Shown: in pieces, positions 1 to 12,000 of the stretch
Layout: the number at the start of each line of letters is the position of its first letter
How positions within the stretch are numbered: position 1 is the stretch's first letter
Source: Eledone cirrhosa
Lineage: Eukaryota
NCBI GenBank assembly: GCA_964016885.1
Contig: OZ024748.1
Location: 24,986,001-25,050,000, forward strand
Reading direction: 5' to 3'
Length of the DNA stretch: 64,000 bases
The notes under the pieces: generated by a model
Told to the model about the DNA's origin: nothing
The model's input: only the letters and a program-made list of their open reading frames with translations
The model's database searches: none
Program-made: the position numbers and the translations under genes

Positions 1-740
1 GAAACGAGGAAAGCTCTCCCATTCCCCCTCCCCCCCCAAAATACACACACGAACAAGAACATAAACACTCACTCAGACACAAACACGCTCACAGCCACAG
101 ACCCCTCATCCTCCAGCAGTGAAGATGAGGGAAAACCAAAGTCCCCCAAAATACAAAAAACAAAACACAAAAAAAAAAGAAATCCACAAAGCACAAACAC
201 CCCCACAAAAAAAAATACACACACCACCCACACAAACATTTTCCCCACAGCATCACCAACACAACCACCAAAATCCCCCAAACGCAAACAAGCTAAACAG
301 ACACAAGAACAAATAGACACACAAACATCAGAAACTACAGACACCCACCCACAACAAACGCAGACACAATAGAAACAACACTAACAAAGCTATCACCACC
401 ACAATCACACGAACAAATAAAACCCGAGCAACAAAACATTAAAAACTTCGCGCTTGCCAGAAGGGCCAACAAGGAATTGATGGCCCATGTAGCACGAAGC
501 ACAAACATCGAAAAAGACGGGGAAACATTTGAAGCGAGCACATTTCGCGTACCAGATAATTTGCTTCTGATGCGAATGTCGCTCGCTTCATACAAAGAAA
601 TTCGAAAGAGCTTTCCTCGGGATGTGGGAACCCCGAACGTAAAACCCACGTCAAGACTATTAAAGGGGTTCCCAAAAGAAACCCCACAAACCATGGAGGT
701 CGAACCACCCGACCTTCACAAGACCCCGGAAGGTAAGTAA
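1..740 (+). CDS. 3' part of LINE ORF1 (low-complexity T/Q/K/P linker plus C-terminal domain); frame broken in A-runs
   Basis: ORFs 119-316 and 477-740; the 477-740 frame (NKELMAHV...PDNLLL...YKEIRKSFPRDVG) aligns by eye with the end of copy B ORF1. Confidence 0.7.
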
Positions 741-769
741 ACCTTTCCTCTCCCATTCATCCTGCCAGC

Positions 770-3700
770 ATGGCCATAAGAGTAGGAAGTTTAAATGTTC
801 GTGGCCTGGGGTCGCCCTGGAAGCAAGGTCACTTGCTCAACGACCTCAGGTCACTAGGAATGGATGTAATTGCCATCAGCGAGACCAGAATTTCCGACAC
901 ACGCGCACTGGCGCCGATTTTCGACGATTATCAGATCTTTGCATCTGTTAGTCGGCCGGGAATGGGAGGTGGAGTGGCTGTGCTGTTTAGGAAATGTCTG
1001 GATCTCGAGGTAAGGTCAATCTTCCGGGATCCTGACGGAAAGTTGGTGGTCCTGGACGTGAGCAATAGCGAAGGTGGTGCCTTTAGACTGGTGGCCGTCT
1101 ACGCCCCTACTGGGGCCGGTCGGCCGGACTTCTTTAGGCGCCTGGAAAACTTTCTGCTTACGTCTCGCCCTTTACTGTTAATAGGGGATTGGAATGGCAT
1201 CTTAGAAGCACGCTGGGATTGTGTGGGAGTATCTGATAGGAGCGGGGGGTACAAAAGCCTCAAGTACCTGATCAGCCAGTTTCAACTGTCTGACAGGTAC
1301 CGACTAGATTTCCCTAATGCGCCAGTATGGACCTGGACCAATCGCATAGGGTCATCTAGATCGTACATAGATAGGATTTTCATTAGGAAAAGAGATAGAA
1401 ATAGTGTAGGATGTCCACATTTTAAAACGGTTGCCTATTCAGATCACAAGCTTGTGATCTGTATGGTCGACCTAGATAAGACACGTAGGTTAGGACCTAG
1501 CTACTGGAAGCTAAACATGTCGTTTCCGGCACGTAAAGCTTACAGGGACCGGGTCAACAACTTAGTTAAGCAAAAGTTGACAGGGGGGGTTGTCAACAAC
1601 AGGTGGTGGGGGGCACTTAAAAGAGAGATTAGAGCAACCTCGATAGGATTTAGCAAAGAAGTAGCAATAGAGAAAAATAGAAAGGAGGAGGGGCTGATAG
1701 CTAAGTTAGACGAGGCTATTTGTAGTGGCATTGTAACAGACGTGCTAGCGGCGAGAATGGCACTAGACCATTTCTTCAATGCGAAACACGAAGGTTGCAT
1801 TGTCAGAGCTAAGGCGCGTGCTCTGAGGAACGAGGGAACCAAAGCTGCCCGATGGGCTCGCTTTGCAGAGACGCAGCGTGGAAATAAAACCACAATTCGG
1901 TCTTTGACGGATCGAGATGGACACGAACTGAGCGATTCCAAGCAGATGTGTGAGGCCTTTCGCCAGCACTTTGCTCGATTGTTCGGGAGGATGGGTGAGT
2001 CGGAGACGGCGGCGGACTTCAGTCCCTACCTCGACGGCTTGCCACGCCTCTCGACGGCCGACGCTGAGCGCTGCGAAGAGCCGATAACATCAGTCGAAAT
2101 TCAGGACGCCCTTGTCGGCTGCTCGAGTCGCAAGTCACCCGGTTTGGATGGTCTGCCCTACGAGCTTTACGTAAATATGCCAGACTTGTTCTCCGATCTC
2201 CTCGAAGCGCTCTACTGCAACTGGCAGCAGAACGGGAGCATTCCCAGTTCTGTGAGCCGTGGCGTAGTGACGCTGATAAGGAAAGACGAGAACAAGAGGG
2301 ACACACTAGATAATTTCAGGCCCATAACCCTGCTCAACACAGAGTTTAAGATTTTGGCCAAGGTGTTAGCGAAAAGGTTGGCGCTTGTCGTCAAAGATTT
2401 GGTTGGGGAGGTGCAAACTTGCGCAATCCCGACCAGGTCCATACACGACAACCTCCACCTCATGCGATACATCATAGAGAGGGTTGGGTGCAAACCTGGC
2501 TTCGGTGGGGCTCTGATCAATTTAGATCAATCGAAAGCATTCGATAGGGTCGACCATCGGTACTTGGAGGCTGTCCTCGAGGCGGCTGGCTTCGGCCCCG
2601 TCTTCAGAAGCTGGATCGCTGCAATGTACAGCGGCATCTGCTCGGTGGTCAAAGTTAATGGCCACCTCTCGGAACCGTTTCAGATCTCTCGATCGGTCCG
2701 TCAAGGGTGCCCTCTCTCCTCACTTCTGTACGTATTGACTCTTGAGCCTCTACTGCGGAAGCTGGAGTTGTTGCAGGGCATCCCGCTCGAACCGGGACGT
2801 AGAAAGGCTGCGTCCGCTTATGCGGACGACATCACCGTGATGGTGTCGGACACCTCGGAAATCGAGGTGATCCGCACCCATTTGGAGGAATATGAAAGGT
2901 CGACGGGAGCAAAACTTAACCCGGAAAAGTCGGTGGGCTTGCAGCTCGGCACCTGGAGAGGCAAGTCCATGCCGTCCAACAGCGTCGTTGGGCGCTGGAC
3001 AGACGGACCGGTAAAGTTGCTCGGGGTTTGGTTCGGACCAGACCTCCAGGTGGATAAGAATTGGGACGAGGTGACGAGCAGGATAGCCAACCTCACCCAG
3101 AAATGGGCTGAGAGAAAGCTATCACTGAAAGGGCGGGCGGAGGTGGCGAACGCGTACATCGCGTCCGTCATCTACTACCGCCTGACCGTCGTGCCTTGCC
3201 CCCGTCCACGCCTCGCCAATTTGGAACGGCTCCTTTTCAAATTTTTGTGGAGGGGACGGGTCCCGTTGGTGAGGCGGTCCATCTGCTGCCAGCACCCTCT
3301 TCGTGGAGGGCTGGGCATGCCGTGGCTAATGATGCGCAGACATGCGCTGAGGCTGCGACATCTCCAGATATTTTGCCTAAACGGTGAACAGGTGTGGTCG
3401 CCGTTTGTTAGACGGGCCTTTCCGCAGCTCATCTCTTTGACTGAGCTGCAGTCCTGGGTCAAGAAGAGACCGAGACTGGGCGACTGGCATCTGGAATGTT
3501 GCCAGGCGCTCACTGCACTCTGCAAGGTGGGCAATGCGGTCAGTGGAACTTCCACTCAAGATTTCTATAGAGGATTAGTGGAGGGCAAGTGCGATGACGT
3601 ACTAGGAGAGGCTCTGGGCGTCAACGAAGTAGAACTGACCAGTATGTTCCGGAGGACTTTCGAGCCGGGGACGATGGATAACTTCCAGAAATCCCTCGCT

Positions 3701-4189
3701 TGGCAGTGCTACCGGGGGGCGCTGCCGGTTCGGGATAAACTCTACAGGCACGGAAGTGCTGTCAGACGAACCTGCCCGAGATGCGCGCAGAGCGACGAAA
3801 CCGTTCTGCACGCACTCGTCCAGTGTCCGTGCATTGCTGACTTGTGGGGTTATGTCGAACAGCTATTGTCGCGTGTAGAACGGATCCGGCTATCGTCCGA
3901 GTCCATAGTGAAGATTGACCCGCCGCCTTCTTTTGGTCAGGAAGGGCAGGCAATTTTCCTCTGCCTGGTGGCAGTAGCGAAAGAGGTTGCATGGTGGACC
4001 AGGTTGAAAGGACTGAAGACAGACACTTTTCTCTTCGGCCAATCCCTCATCAACTTCTTCAAGTTTCACTTGGAAAGGAAGGTGACGGTGGAGAGAGAAG
4101 TGCTGCCCCCCAGTACATTTACTGAAAGGTGGGTGAATGTGGCGAGAATGGCCCGCGTGAGTGGGCCTACTCTGATCATGCGCCTGTAG
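770..4189 (+). CDS. LINE ORF2: APE endonuclease + reverse transcriptase + C-terminal CCHC zinc finger, 1139 aa, intact
   Basis: SLNVRGL, ISET, GDWN, YIDR, SDH (APE); KSPGLDG, FRPITLLN, DQSKAFDRV, RQGCPLS, YADD (RT); CPRC...H...C. Confidence 0.97.
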   Translation: MAIRVGSLNVRGLGSPWKQGHLLNDLRSLGMDVIAISETRISDTRALAPIFDDYQIFASVSRPGMGGGVAVLFRKCLDLEVRSIFRDPDGKLVVLDVSNSEGGAFRLVAVYAPTGAGRPDFFRRLENFLLTSRPLLLIGDWNGILEARWDCVGVSDRSGGYKSLKYLISQFQLSDRYRLDFPNAPVWTWTNRIGSSRSYIDRIFIRKRDRNSVGCPHFKTVAYSDHKLVICMVDLDKTRRLGPSYWKLNMSFPARKAYRDRVNNLVKQKLTGGVVNNRWWGALKREIRATSIGFSKEVAIEKNRKEEGLIAKLDEAICSGIVTDVLAARMALDHFFNAKHEGCIVRAKARALRNEGTKAARWARFAETQRGNKTTIRSLTDRDGHELSDSKQMCEAFRQHFARLFGRMGESETAADFSPYLDGLPRLSTADAERCEEPITSVEIQDALVGCSSRKSPGLDGLPYELYVNMPDLFSDLLEALYCNWQQNGSIPSSVSRGVVTLIRKDENKRDTLDNFRPITLLNTEFKILAKVLAKRLALVVKDLVGEVQTCAIPTRSIHDNLHLMRYIIERVGCKPGFGGALINLDQSKAFDRVDHRYLEAVLEAAGFGPVFRSWIAAMYSGICSVVKVNGHLSEPFQISRSVRQGCPLSSLLYVLTLEPLLRKLELLQGIPLEPGRRKAASAYADDITVMVSDTSEIEVIRTHLEEYERSTGAKLNPEKSVGLQLGTWRGKSMPSNSVVGRWTDGPVKLLGVWFGPDLQVDKNWDEVTSRIANLTQKWAERKLSLKGRAEVANAYIASVIYYRLTVVPCPRPRLANLERLLFKFLWRGRVPLVRRSICCQHPLRGGLGMPWLMMRRHALRLRHLQIFCLNGEQVWSPFVRRAFPQLISLTELQSWVKKRPRLGDWHLECCQALTALCKVGNAVSGTSTQDFYRGLVEGKCDDVLGEALGVNEVELTSMFRRTFEPGTMDNFQKSLAWQCYRGALPVRDKLYRHGSAVRRTCPRCAQSDETVLHALVQCPCIADLWGYVEQLLSRVERIRLSSESIVKIDPPPSFGQEGQAIFLCLVAVAKEVAWWTRLKGLKTDTFLFGQSLINFFKFHLERKVTVEREVLPPSTFTERWVNVARMARVSGPTLIMRL

Positions 4190-4466
4190 GCTGGTGAATT
4201 CGAGAAGGAGAGGGGTGCCCTTCCCGGGTGCCCTAGGAGCGTCGGGTGGCTCAGGACTGGTGGGGTGCTTGAGTCAACCCTGGGTGGTGATCCCTCTTAT
4301 TGGGGAACTTTCATTGTTGTATTTTTATTGTTATTTTGTTTTTTGTTATTTATACTTACTCGATCTCTATGTAAACCCCCACTGTCCCTGTCTATTGTGT
4401 TGTCCCCTATATGTCGGCCCTTGTGGCCAATAAATGAAATCATTATTATTATTATTATTATCATTA

Positions 4467-4686
4467 GGGCAGTGGATTGGCAGAATCGGTAGAACGTCGG
4501 ACACCATGCTCTACAGCATAGAGTTATGGCCTTTTACATTCTGAGTTCAAATCCCACAGAGGTTAGCTTTGCTTTTCATCCTTACGGGGTCAATAAAATA
4601 AAGTACCAGTAAGGCACCGGGGGTCGATTAAATCGAGCCCCCCCCCCTTCAAATTGCTGGCCTAAACTAGAAACAATTATTATTAT
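4467..4686 (+). mobile_element. tRNA-derived SINE (family 1) with ATT tail
   Basis: A-box-like TGGCAGAATCGG, B-box GAGTTCAAATCC, core GCTTTTCATCCTTACGGGGTCAATAAAATAAAGTACCAG; more than 15 copies in the window. Confidence 0.85.
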
Positions 4687-4689
4687 CAC

Positions 4690-5165
4690 TAGTTTTATTT
4701 TTATTTCGTGTCGACAGTGTATCACCGAACACAGCTCTTTATGTCGTGGTTTGTTGGTGGTGTTTCTATTGTATTGAAAGTACTCTTCATAATAGGTGTA
4801 GTGCCTAGTAGGGCTATCTTTTGTATGTTGAATATATTTGCAAGTTCTGGTGTCTTGGTTATGTCTGTCTGTGGATTCTTATTATTCCCAGAACACCTAT
4901 TGTTGTAGGGATTGTTTGTGTTTGATCATCAACATTCGGGTTACTTCTATCTCCAGATCTTTATATTTAGATAGTTTCTCCATTTCCTTGATAGATATAT
5001 TGTTGTCTGACAGAACTGAATTTTTCTTTCAGTGTGGTATTTAACTATAATATTTTATTCGGTGGAACTTCATCTCCCTGTCTGTCTGTAGTGGCATATC
5101 CCAGAGTATGGTTGTCTTGTCATTCTTTGATACCTTTGGTGTCTGTAGCACATTTTTTCTGTCTT
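4690..5165 (-). mobile_element. Degenerate 3' end of an RLE-type (Dong/R4-like) non-LTR element
   Basis: Minus-strand translation gives EMEKLSKYKDLEIEVTRM, IPTTIGVLG, IQKIALLGT (restriction-like endonuclease C-terminus), then AATAAA and a (TAA)n tail. Confidence 0.7.
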
Positions 5166-5182
5166 ATTATTATCATTGTTAA

Positions 5183-5376
5183 GGGCGGTGGTTTGGCAGT
5201 ATCGGTAGAGCGTCAGACACCATGCTTTTCAGCATAGAGTTATGGCTTTTTACGTTCTGAGTTCAAAGCCCGTTGAGATTAACTTTGTCTTTTATCCTTA
5301 TGGGGTCAATGAAATAAAGTACCAGTAATGCACTGGGATAATTGCTGGTCTTGTGCCAAAAGCAGAAACAATTATT
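5183..5376 (+). mobile_element. SINE family 1
   Basis: Same A/B boxes, core and GTGCCAAAAGCAGAAACAATT tail as other copies. Confidence 0.85.
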
Positions 5377-5399
5377 AATATTGTTATTATTGTTATACA

Positions 5400-5499
5400 T
5401 ACTATTTTACACAAAAACAAACACACTGTATCATCCTGTACCGTCTTTAATGTCTCCTTAACGTGAGCTCAGTGTGGCTAATAAAGAAAGCATTATTAT
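5400..5499 (+). mobile_element. Tx1 3' UTR-only stub
   Basis: Matches 6560-6650 (CACACTGTATC.TCCTGTAC...GTGTGGCTAATAAA) and ends in ATTATTATT. Confidence 0.75.
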
Positions 5500-6668
5500 T
5501 TGGAGCTACTACTCTTTCGCTTTTTGTGGAGGGGCCAGGTTCCATTGGTCAGGCAGCCCATCTGCTGTCAACACCCGGGTGAAGGATTGGGTATGCCGTG
5601 GCTGATGATGCGCAAACAGGCGCTGAGGCTACGACATCTCCAACTTTTCCTCGATGGGGAACAGGTATGTTCGCCATTCACTAGACACATTTCCCCCCTG
5701 CTCATGTCCTTGACGGAGCTGCAATCTTGGGTCAAACGAAGACAGAGAGGGAACGTTAGGAGACTGGAATGTCTTCAAGCGCTCACAGCCCTCAGCAAAT
5801 CGGGCTATACGATCGGTGGAAACTCCACCTTGGCGTTCTATAAAGGGTTAGTGGAAGGTAAGAGTGATGACGTCCTTGTGGAGACTCTAGGCGTTGACGA
5901 AAATCAACTAGCCACTCTCTTCCAGAGGACTTTCGGTCCAGGCCCCATGGATAACTTCCAGAAATCCCTGGCAATATTACCGAGGAACTTTGCCAGTTCG
6001 GGATAAACTCTGCAGGCAGTAAGGCCTGTCCGAGGTGACAAAACCGTCCTGCACGCGCTCGTCGAGTGTCCGAGTATTGCTGACCTGTGGGTTTATGTGT
6101 AGGACGGGACCGAGTATCAACTGAATCCATGTGAAGATCACCCGCTGTCCTCCTTTAGAGGGGAAGGACAGGCATTTTTTATCTGCCTGGTTGCCATGGC
6201 GAAAGAGGTCGTGTGATGGACGCGTTTGAAAGGGTTGAAGACAGCCAACTGCCTCTTCGGCGAAGCCCTGATTAACTTTTTCAGATTTCACTTGAAGAGG
6301 AAAATCAGGGCTACCTTCCAACCAGTTTGTTGAAAGGTGGGTGTGAGTGGCGAGCACGGTCCGTGTGAATGGGTCTGCCTTGAGTATTTACCTGTAGTTT
6401 GGAGTAGAAAAACTGGGAGAGATCACTTTGCCCTAACGGACAGGGTGACCATGGCTTTTGTGGTATTTCTACAGGAGTGACCCTTAGAGTCTCCTCACCT
6501 TTCGGGAATTTGTTATGTTTGTTTTAAATGTTTATTTTCTTAGTCTCTTTTATAAATTTTATTTTACACAAAGAAATCCCCACACTGTATCGTCCTGTAC
6601 TGACGTGAATATTTCCTTAATGTGAGTCCTGTGTGGCTAATAAAAAAATTATTATTATTATTATTATT
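5500..6668 (+). pseudogene. 5'-truncated, decayed Tx1 copy (ORF2 C-terminal third + 3' UTR + ATT tail)
   Basis: ORF 5500-6006 closely matches copy B ORF2 (LFRFLW...GMPWLMMR...MDNFQKSLA); frameshifts and stops follow. Confidence 0.92.
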
Positions 6669-6883
6669 GAATGCCATGGTTGACGGAGGCTCGGCTCTGT
6701 AAGGTATAGTAATTTTTAACCGTTAAAACAATTGTAAATTGTTTAAAACTTGAACCAAATTGTTGATAAAGACACCCTCCTCCTCGTGAGAGGGGTCTTT
6801 CTGTCCGTTATTTGGCCCTTCGGGGTTAAATAACCAGTTATTGGGGTTTTGTACCCAAAATTTCATTTTAAACAAAAAACAAC

Positions 6884-8978
6884 ATGGCTACGAAAAAGAA
6901 ATTTCATACGTCATTCCCACTCATTCCGTCTTCTTCTTCCTCAATCATCACTACAGCAGAGAGAAGATTGTCTCTCTCCCTCCCTTCTTTAAATGTGTCT
7001 CTCTCCCTCCCTTCTCTTTCGCAAGTGACGAAAGAAAAGAAAAGTCTCGTGCAAAGCGTGCAAGGTTTCTCCACGACGACGACGACAGCGACGAAACAGG
7101 TGTGCGGGAAATACGAAAACCCAGTTCATTCGTCTGACGTCAGGAATAATAGCAGTAGCAGCCGTAAAAACAACAGCAACAGTGACAATGAAAACAACAG
7201 TAGCAGCCGCAACAGCATCACCAGCAGCATAAACAACAACAGCATTAGCAGCAGCAACACCAACAACAACCACAGCAACAGCGGCGGAGGCAGTAGTCGT
7301 AGTACCTGCAGCAACAAAAGTACCAGCAGCTCTGACGACAACAACAACAGCAGAGAAAAACCAATCTCATTTGCAGGTATTGCGAAAAAATTGGAAACAA
7401 TCCTCATAACAAATGAGGAATTAGAGGAAGCGAAGAAGATGGTGACAAAGAACGGACACCGAGCAATCTGCAAGGCAGCGAAAAATTTTTTCGAAACCCA
7501 AGAGCACTGTACGGTCACGTACCGTACAGTAAGTACAAAATCCCGTAGGGTGGAAAGAGCCACAGAGGCCCAAATACAAAAAGCCTTGGGGTCTGTGTGG
7601 CAGAGGAAAACGCACATCACCCGAGGCAAAAAATACGCCACCGTAGACGTACTTTTTGCCACACCCCAGGAGGCAAAGGCCCAATCAGTAGTGACCCTAA
7701 GGAGCGAGGAAATGGTGTTGGTGCCCTCCTACTGCGGGCAAAAAATTGTGAGGGTCAAACTGACCCACGTCCCCCCCGGAATGACCCCTTCTTGGCTGGC
7801 CGCGTCTGTCCTCGTCGGAATCGAGGACAAAACAACTGTACTGCAAGTACAGAAAAAAGTAAGAGAAGATTGGGTCGGCTCCTCCATTGAGATGCTAATC
7901 CAAACCAACCAGGAGTGCATCGAAGCTATCCCGGATGTGATAGACTTCGATAACGGCACTCAACTGCCCATAAGTGTTGAGGGCAAACGCCCGAAATGCT
8001 TTCGCTGTGGATCGAAGACTCACCTCAGGGCCTTCTGCAACGAGAAGACCCTGAGAAAGGAGAAAACCCCCCCTCCTTCCGAATCCGGCTCCACGGCTAC
8101 CAGCAACAGGACAAGCGGCAACCAGGAACGATAGGTCCGTGGCACCCATACCCACTCCACGGAAATCAAAGACAGCAGCAGCAGTGGAAATATTAACAAC
8201 AACAACAGCAATACCAAATGCAGCTGCAACAGAGACTCCAGTGCAAACATCACCAACAACAACAAGTGAAAGAGTGGAGCTGGTACCCCTCCCCGACCTT
8301 ACAGAATCAGACATGGAGTGTGAGGTGGGAGAGGGATGGCAAAAGGTCGTAAGAAGGCACAAACGCAGAAGCAGCGCATCGTCGCCTTTGAAAAGGGAGG
8401 AAAGAAATGAGAAAAGGGTAAAGTCTACTGCAAAGAGACCCACAGCAGCAACACCACCAACACCATCACCACCCACACCAGCACCACCATCACCACCGGC
8501 GACAACCCCACCGCCAACAACACCTTCAACACCACCACCACAAGCACCAACATCGCAAACACAACAACAAAACACACACACCCAGCAACAACGACAAGAA
8601 AATAGCAGAACCACACCCCACCCCCAGAAAAACAAATGCACGGCAATAAATACACACAACAAGAAACTAATGACTTACATAATTGAACACACAGACATTT
8701 CACAACAGGACTACATAATACCAGCACCAATCAAAACGCCAACTAACATAAGACTGCTAAAAATAGCACAGAAACAATACACAAACATTAAAACGAAATT
8801 CCCCAACGCAGTTGGTGATTTCAGGGACCTAGGAGGAACCATCAATCGAAGAGTATACTCAGACATTCTCTTAGAAGAGCCGACGACCAGCCGAAGGGAC
8901 GATTCAACGGTCCCTTCACCAGACGATCAAGTGAAAAGGGATGTAAAAACCATCCCTCCTCTACCAAAAGTACGGTAA
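6884..8978 (+). CDS. LINE ORF1 (gag-like, CCHC knuckle) split by one frameshift between 8055 and 8134
   Basis: ATG at 6884; CFRCGSKTHLRAFC zinc knuckle; second frame open 8055-8978 with WQKV.RR motif and a C-terminal domain shared with copy A. Confidence 0.85.
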
Positions 8979-9013
8979 GTGGTCTTTCCCATCTTTTCCA
9001 CTCTATTTTAAAC

Positions 9014-12000
9014 ATGACCTCACTCAGAATAGGCAGCATAAATGCGCGTGGCTTGGGGTCGTCATGGAAGCAGGGTCACCTGCTCAACGACCTCAGGTCA
9101 CTAAACATAGATGTAGTGGCCATCAGCGAGACCAGAATCTCCGAAGCACGGGCCTTCGCACCGATCTTCGGCGGCTACGACGTGTACGCATCTCCCAGCC
9201 GTCCTGGATCGGGTGGAGGAGTTGCTGTGCTTTTTCGGAGAGGTTTGGATCTCGCCATACGGGCCATCTTCCTGGACCCAGAGGGTAAGCTGGTGGTGCT
9301 GGACGTAACCAGCGGAGACGGGCAAGCTTTCAGGCTAGTGGCCGTCTATGCCCCGACAGGAGCAGGGCGGCCTGATTTCTTCCGGCGTCTGGAGACCTTT
9401 CTTGGAACGTCCCGCTCTTTAGTGTTAGTGGGCGACTGGAACGGGATCTTAGATGCACGCTGGGACTGTGTGGGATTAGCGGATAGGGGTGGAGGGTGCA
9501 AGAGCCTCACCAACCTGCTCAGGCGTTTTGAACTGTCTGACAGGTACCGATTGGATTTCCCGAATGTGCCAATGTGGACTTGGACAAACCGCATAGGGTC
9601 ATCCAGATCATATCTAGATAGAGTATTTTGTAGGGAAATAGATAGGTCTAGCATAGGCTGTCCACAATTCAAGATAGTCAGCTACACGGACCACAAATTC
9701 GTGACCTGTGTGCTTGACTTAGATAGGCTTCATAGACGAGGACCCGGCTACTGGAAGCTAAACGCGTCCTTACCAGCGCGCAAGGCCTACAGAGACCGGA
9801 TTAGCGAACTAGTTAAGCGGGCGTTGACGGGGGCCATCGTCAACAACAAGTGGTGGTTTGCTCTGAAAAGAGCGATTAGAATAGAATCGATTAGGTTTAG
9901 TAAGGCTTTAGCAATAGAGAAAAATAGAGCAGAGGGAGAACTAGTTAGAAAATTAGACGAGGCGCTTAGCAAAGGCATTGCGACCGACGTGCTTGCGGCG
10001 AAATTGGCCCTTGACCAATTCTTCAATGCAAAGCACGAAGGCTGCGTTGTCAGAGCTAGGGTGCGTGCTCTCAGACACGAGGGGACGAAAGCCGTTCAAT
10101 GGGCCCGAGTGGCGGAGGCGCGTCGTGGCAACAAAGCCACGATCCGGTCTTTGGTGGACCACGACGGGCGCATGCTACTCGATCCCGGGCAAATGTGTGA
10201 AGCTTTTCAGCGACACTTCGCTCAGCTGTTCGGGGGCAGCGGGGGGCCGGGTAGAGGGATGGACTTTAGTGTCTACCTCGACGGACTGCCGCGGCTCTCG
10301 GCCACTGAGGCGAAGTGTTGCGAAAAGCCGATAACAGCCGCTGAAGTTCTGGAGGCAATGACTGGCTGCACAAGGGGTAAATCGCCTGGTTTGGATGGTC
10401 TGCCCTATGAACTTTACGTACAGATGCCAGACTTGTTCGGAGGCCTCTTGGCGGACGTCTACTGCAACTGGCAACAGAACGGGAGAATTCCCAGTTCTGT
10501 GAGCCGAGGAGCGGTGGCACTGCTGAGAAAGGATCCGAACAAGGGGGATAACATAGACAATTTCCGGCCCATAACTCTGCTAAACACAGAGTTTAAGATT
10601 TTGGCCAAGGTGCTAGCAAAGAGGTTGGCGCTTGTCGTTGGTGGTCTGGTGGGAGAGGCGCAGACATGCGCCATTCCCGACAGATCCATCCACGACAACC
10701 TCCACCTCATGCGATACATCGTAGAGAGGGTAGCTAGGGAACCTGGCACGGGTGGGTCCTTGATCAATTTAGATCAGTCGAAAGCTTTCGATAGGGTCGA
10801 CCATCGTTACCTAGCGGCAGTCCTGAGGGCGGCTGGCTTTGGGCCCGTCTTCAGAGGCTGGATCGCTGCCATGCACAGCGACATCTGCTCTGTGGTGAGA
10901 GTGAACGGTCACCTGTCGGAACCGTTCAACATCATGCGCTCGGTCCGCCAAGGATGTCCCCTCTCGTCCCTCTTGTACGTATTGACTCTCGAGCCATTAC
11001 TGCACAAACTGGAGACGTTGAGGGGAGTCCCGCGCGAACTAGGATGCGGAAGATCCGTGTCAGCATATGCGGACGATGTCACCGTAGTGGTGTCGAACGC
11101 CAAACACATCGAGGCGATCGGCACTACACTAAGAGAATACGAAGCGGTGACAGGAGCAATGATCAACCAGGAAAAGTCAGTGGGCCTGCAGCTCGGCACC
11201 TGGAGAGGCAGGTCCATGCCGTCCAACAGCGTCGTCGGGCGCTGGACGGACGGACCGGTTAAATTGCTAGGGGTCTGGTTCGGTCCGGACCTCCAGACGG
11301 ACAAAAACTGGGACGAGGTGACGAGCAGGGTGGCTTCTCTCACCCAGAAATGGGCGGAGAGGAAGCTATCCCTGAAAGGTCGAGCGGAGGTGGCTAACGC
11401 GTACATCGCGTCTGTCATCTGCTACCGCCTAACCGTCGTACCTTGTCCTAAGCCTCGCCTGACTGCGCTGGAGCGTTTGCTCTTTCGCTTTTTGTGGAAG
11501 GGACGTGCTCCGATGGTCAGGCGGTCCATCTGTTGTCAACACCCGCTACGTGGAGGGCTGGGCATGCCGTGGCTGATGATGCGCAGGCACGCGCTCAGGC
11601 TACGACATCTCCACCTCTTCCTCGACGGTGATCAGGTGTGGTCGCCGTTTGCTAGACGCGTTTTTCCCCAGCTCGTTTCCTTGACGGAGCTGCAGTCCTG
11701 GGTCAAGCGAAGACCGAGAGGGAGCGCCTGGAGACTGGAATGTCTTCAGGCGCTCACAGCCCTCGACCAATCGGGCAATGTGATCGGTGGAAACTCCACC
11801 TCGGCGTTCTATAGAGGATTAGTGGAGGGGAAGAGCGACGACGTACTTGGGGAAACTCTAGGCGTCGACGAAAATCAACTAGCCAATCTCTTCGGAAGAA
11901 CTTTCGGGCCAGGGCCTATGGACAACTTCCAGAAATCTCTGGCCTGGCAGTGCTACCGAGGAGCCTTGCCAGTTCGGGATAAACTCTACAGGCATGGAGG

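Larger units (their letters stand above)
1..4460 (+). mobile_element. Tx1/L1-clade non-LTR retrotransposon, copy A (5' end outside window)
   Basis: ORF1 tail, 29-nt spacer, intact APE-RT ORF2, T-rich 3' UTR ending TGTGGCCAATAAATGAAATC then (ATT)n. Confidence 0.93.

Noticed and set aside
733-768. GT...AG mini-intron fusing ORF1 to ORF2 in copy A
   Set aside because: Only 36 nt, splicing would not put ORF2 in frame, and copy B has no matching AG
6669-6883. Self-cleaving ribozyme in the LINE 5' UTR
   Set aside because: Only isolated hairpins (e.g. GCCC TTCG GGGT); no HDV-like or hammerhead topology could be traced by eye
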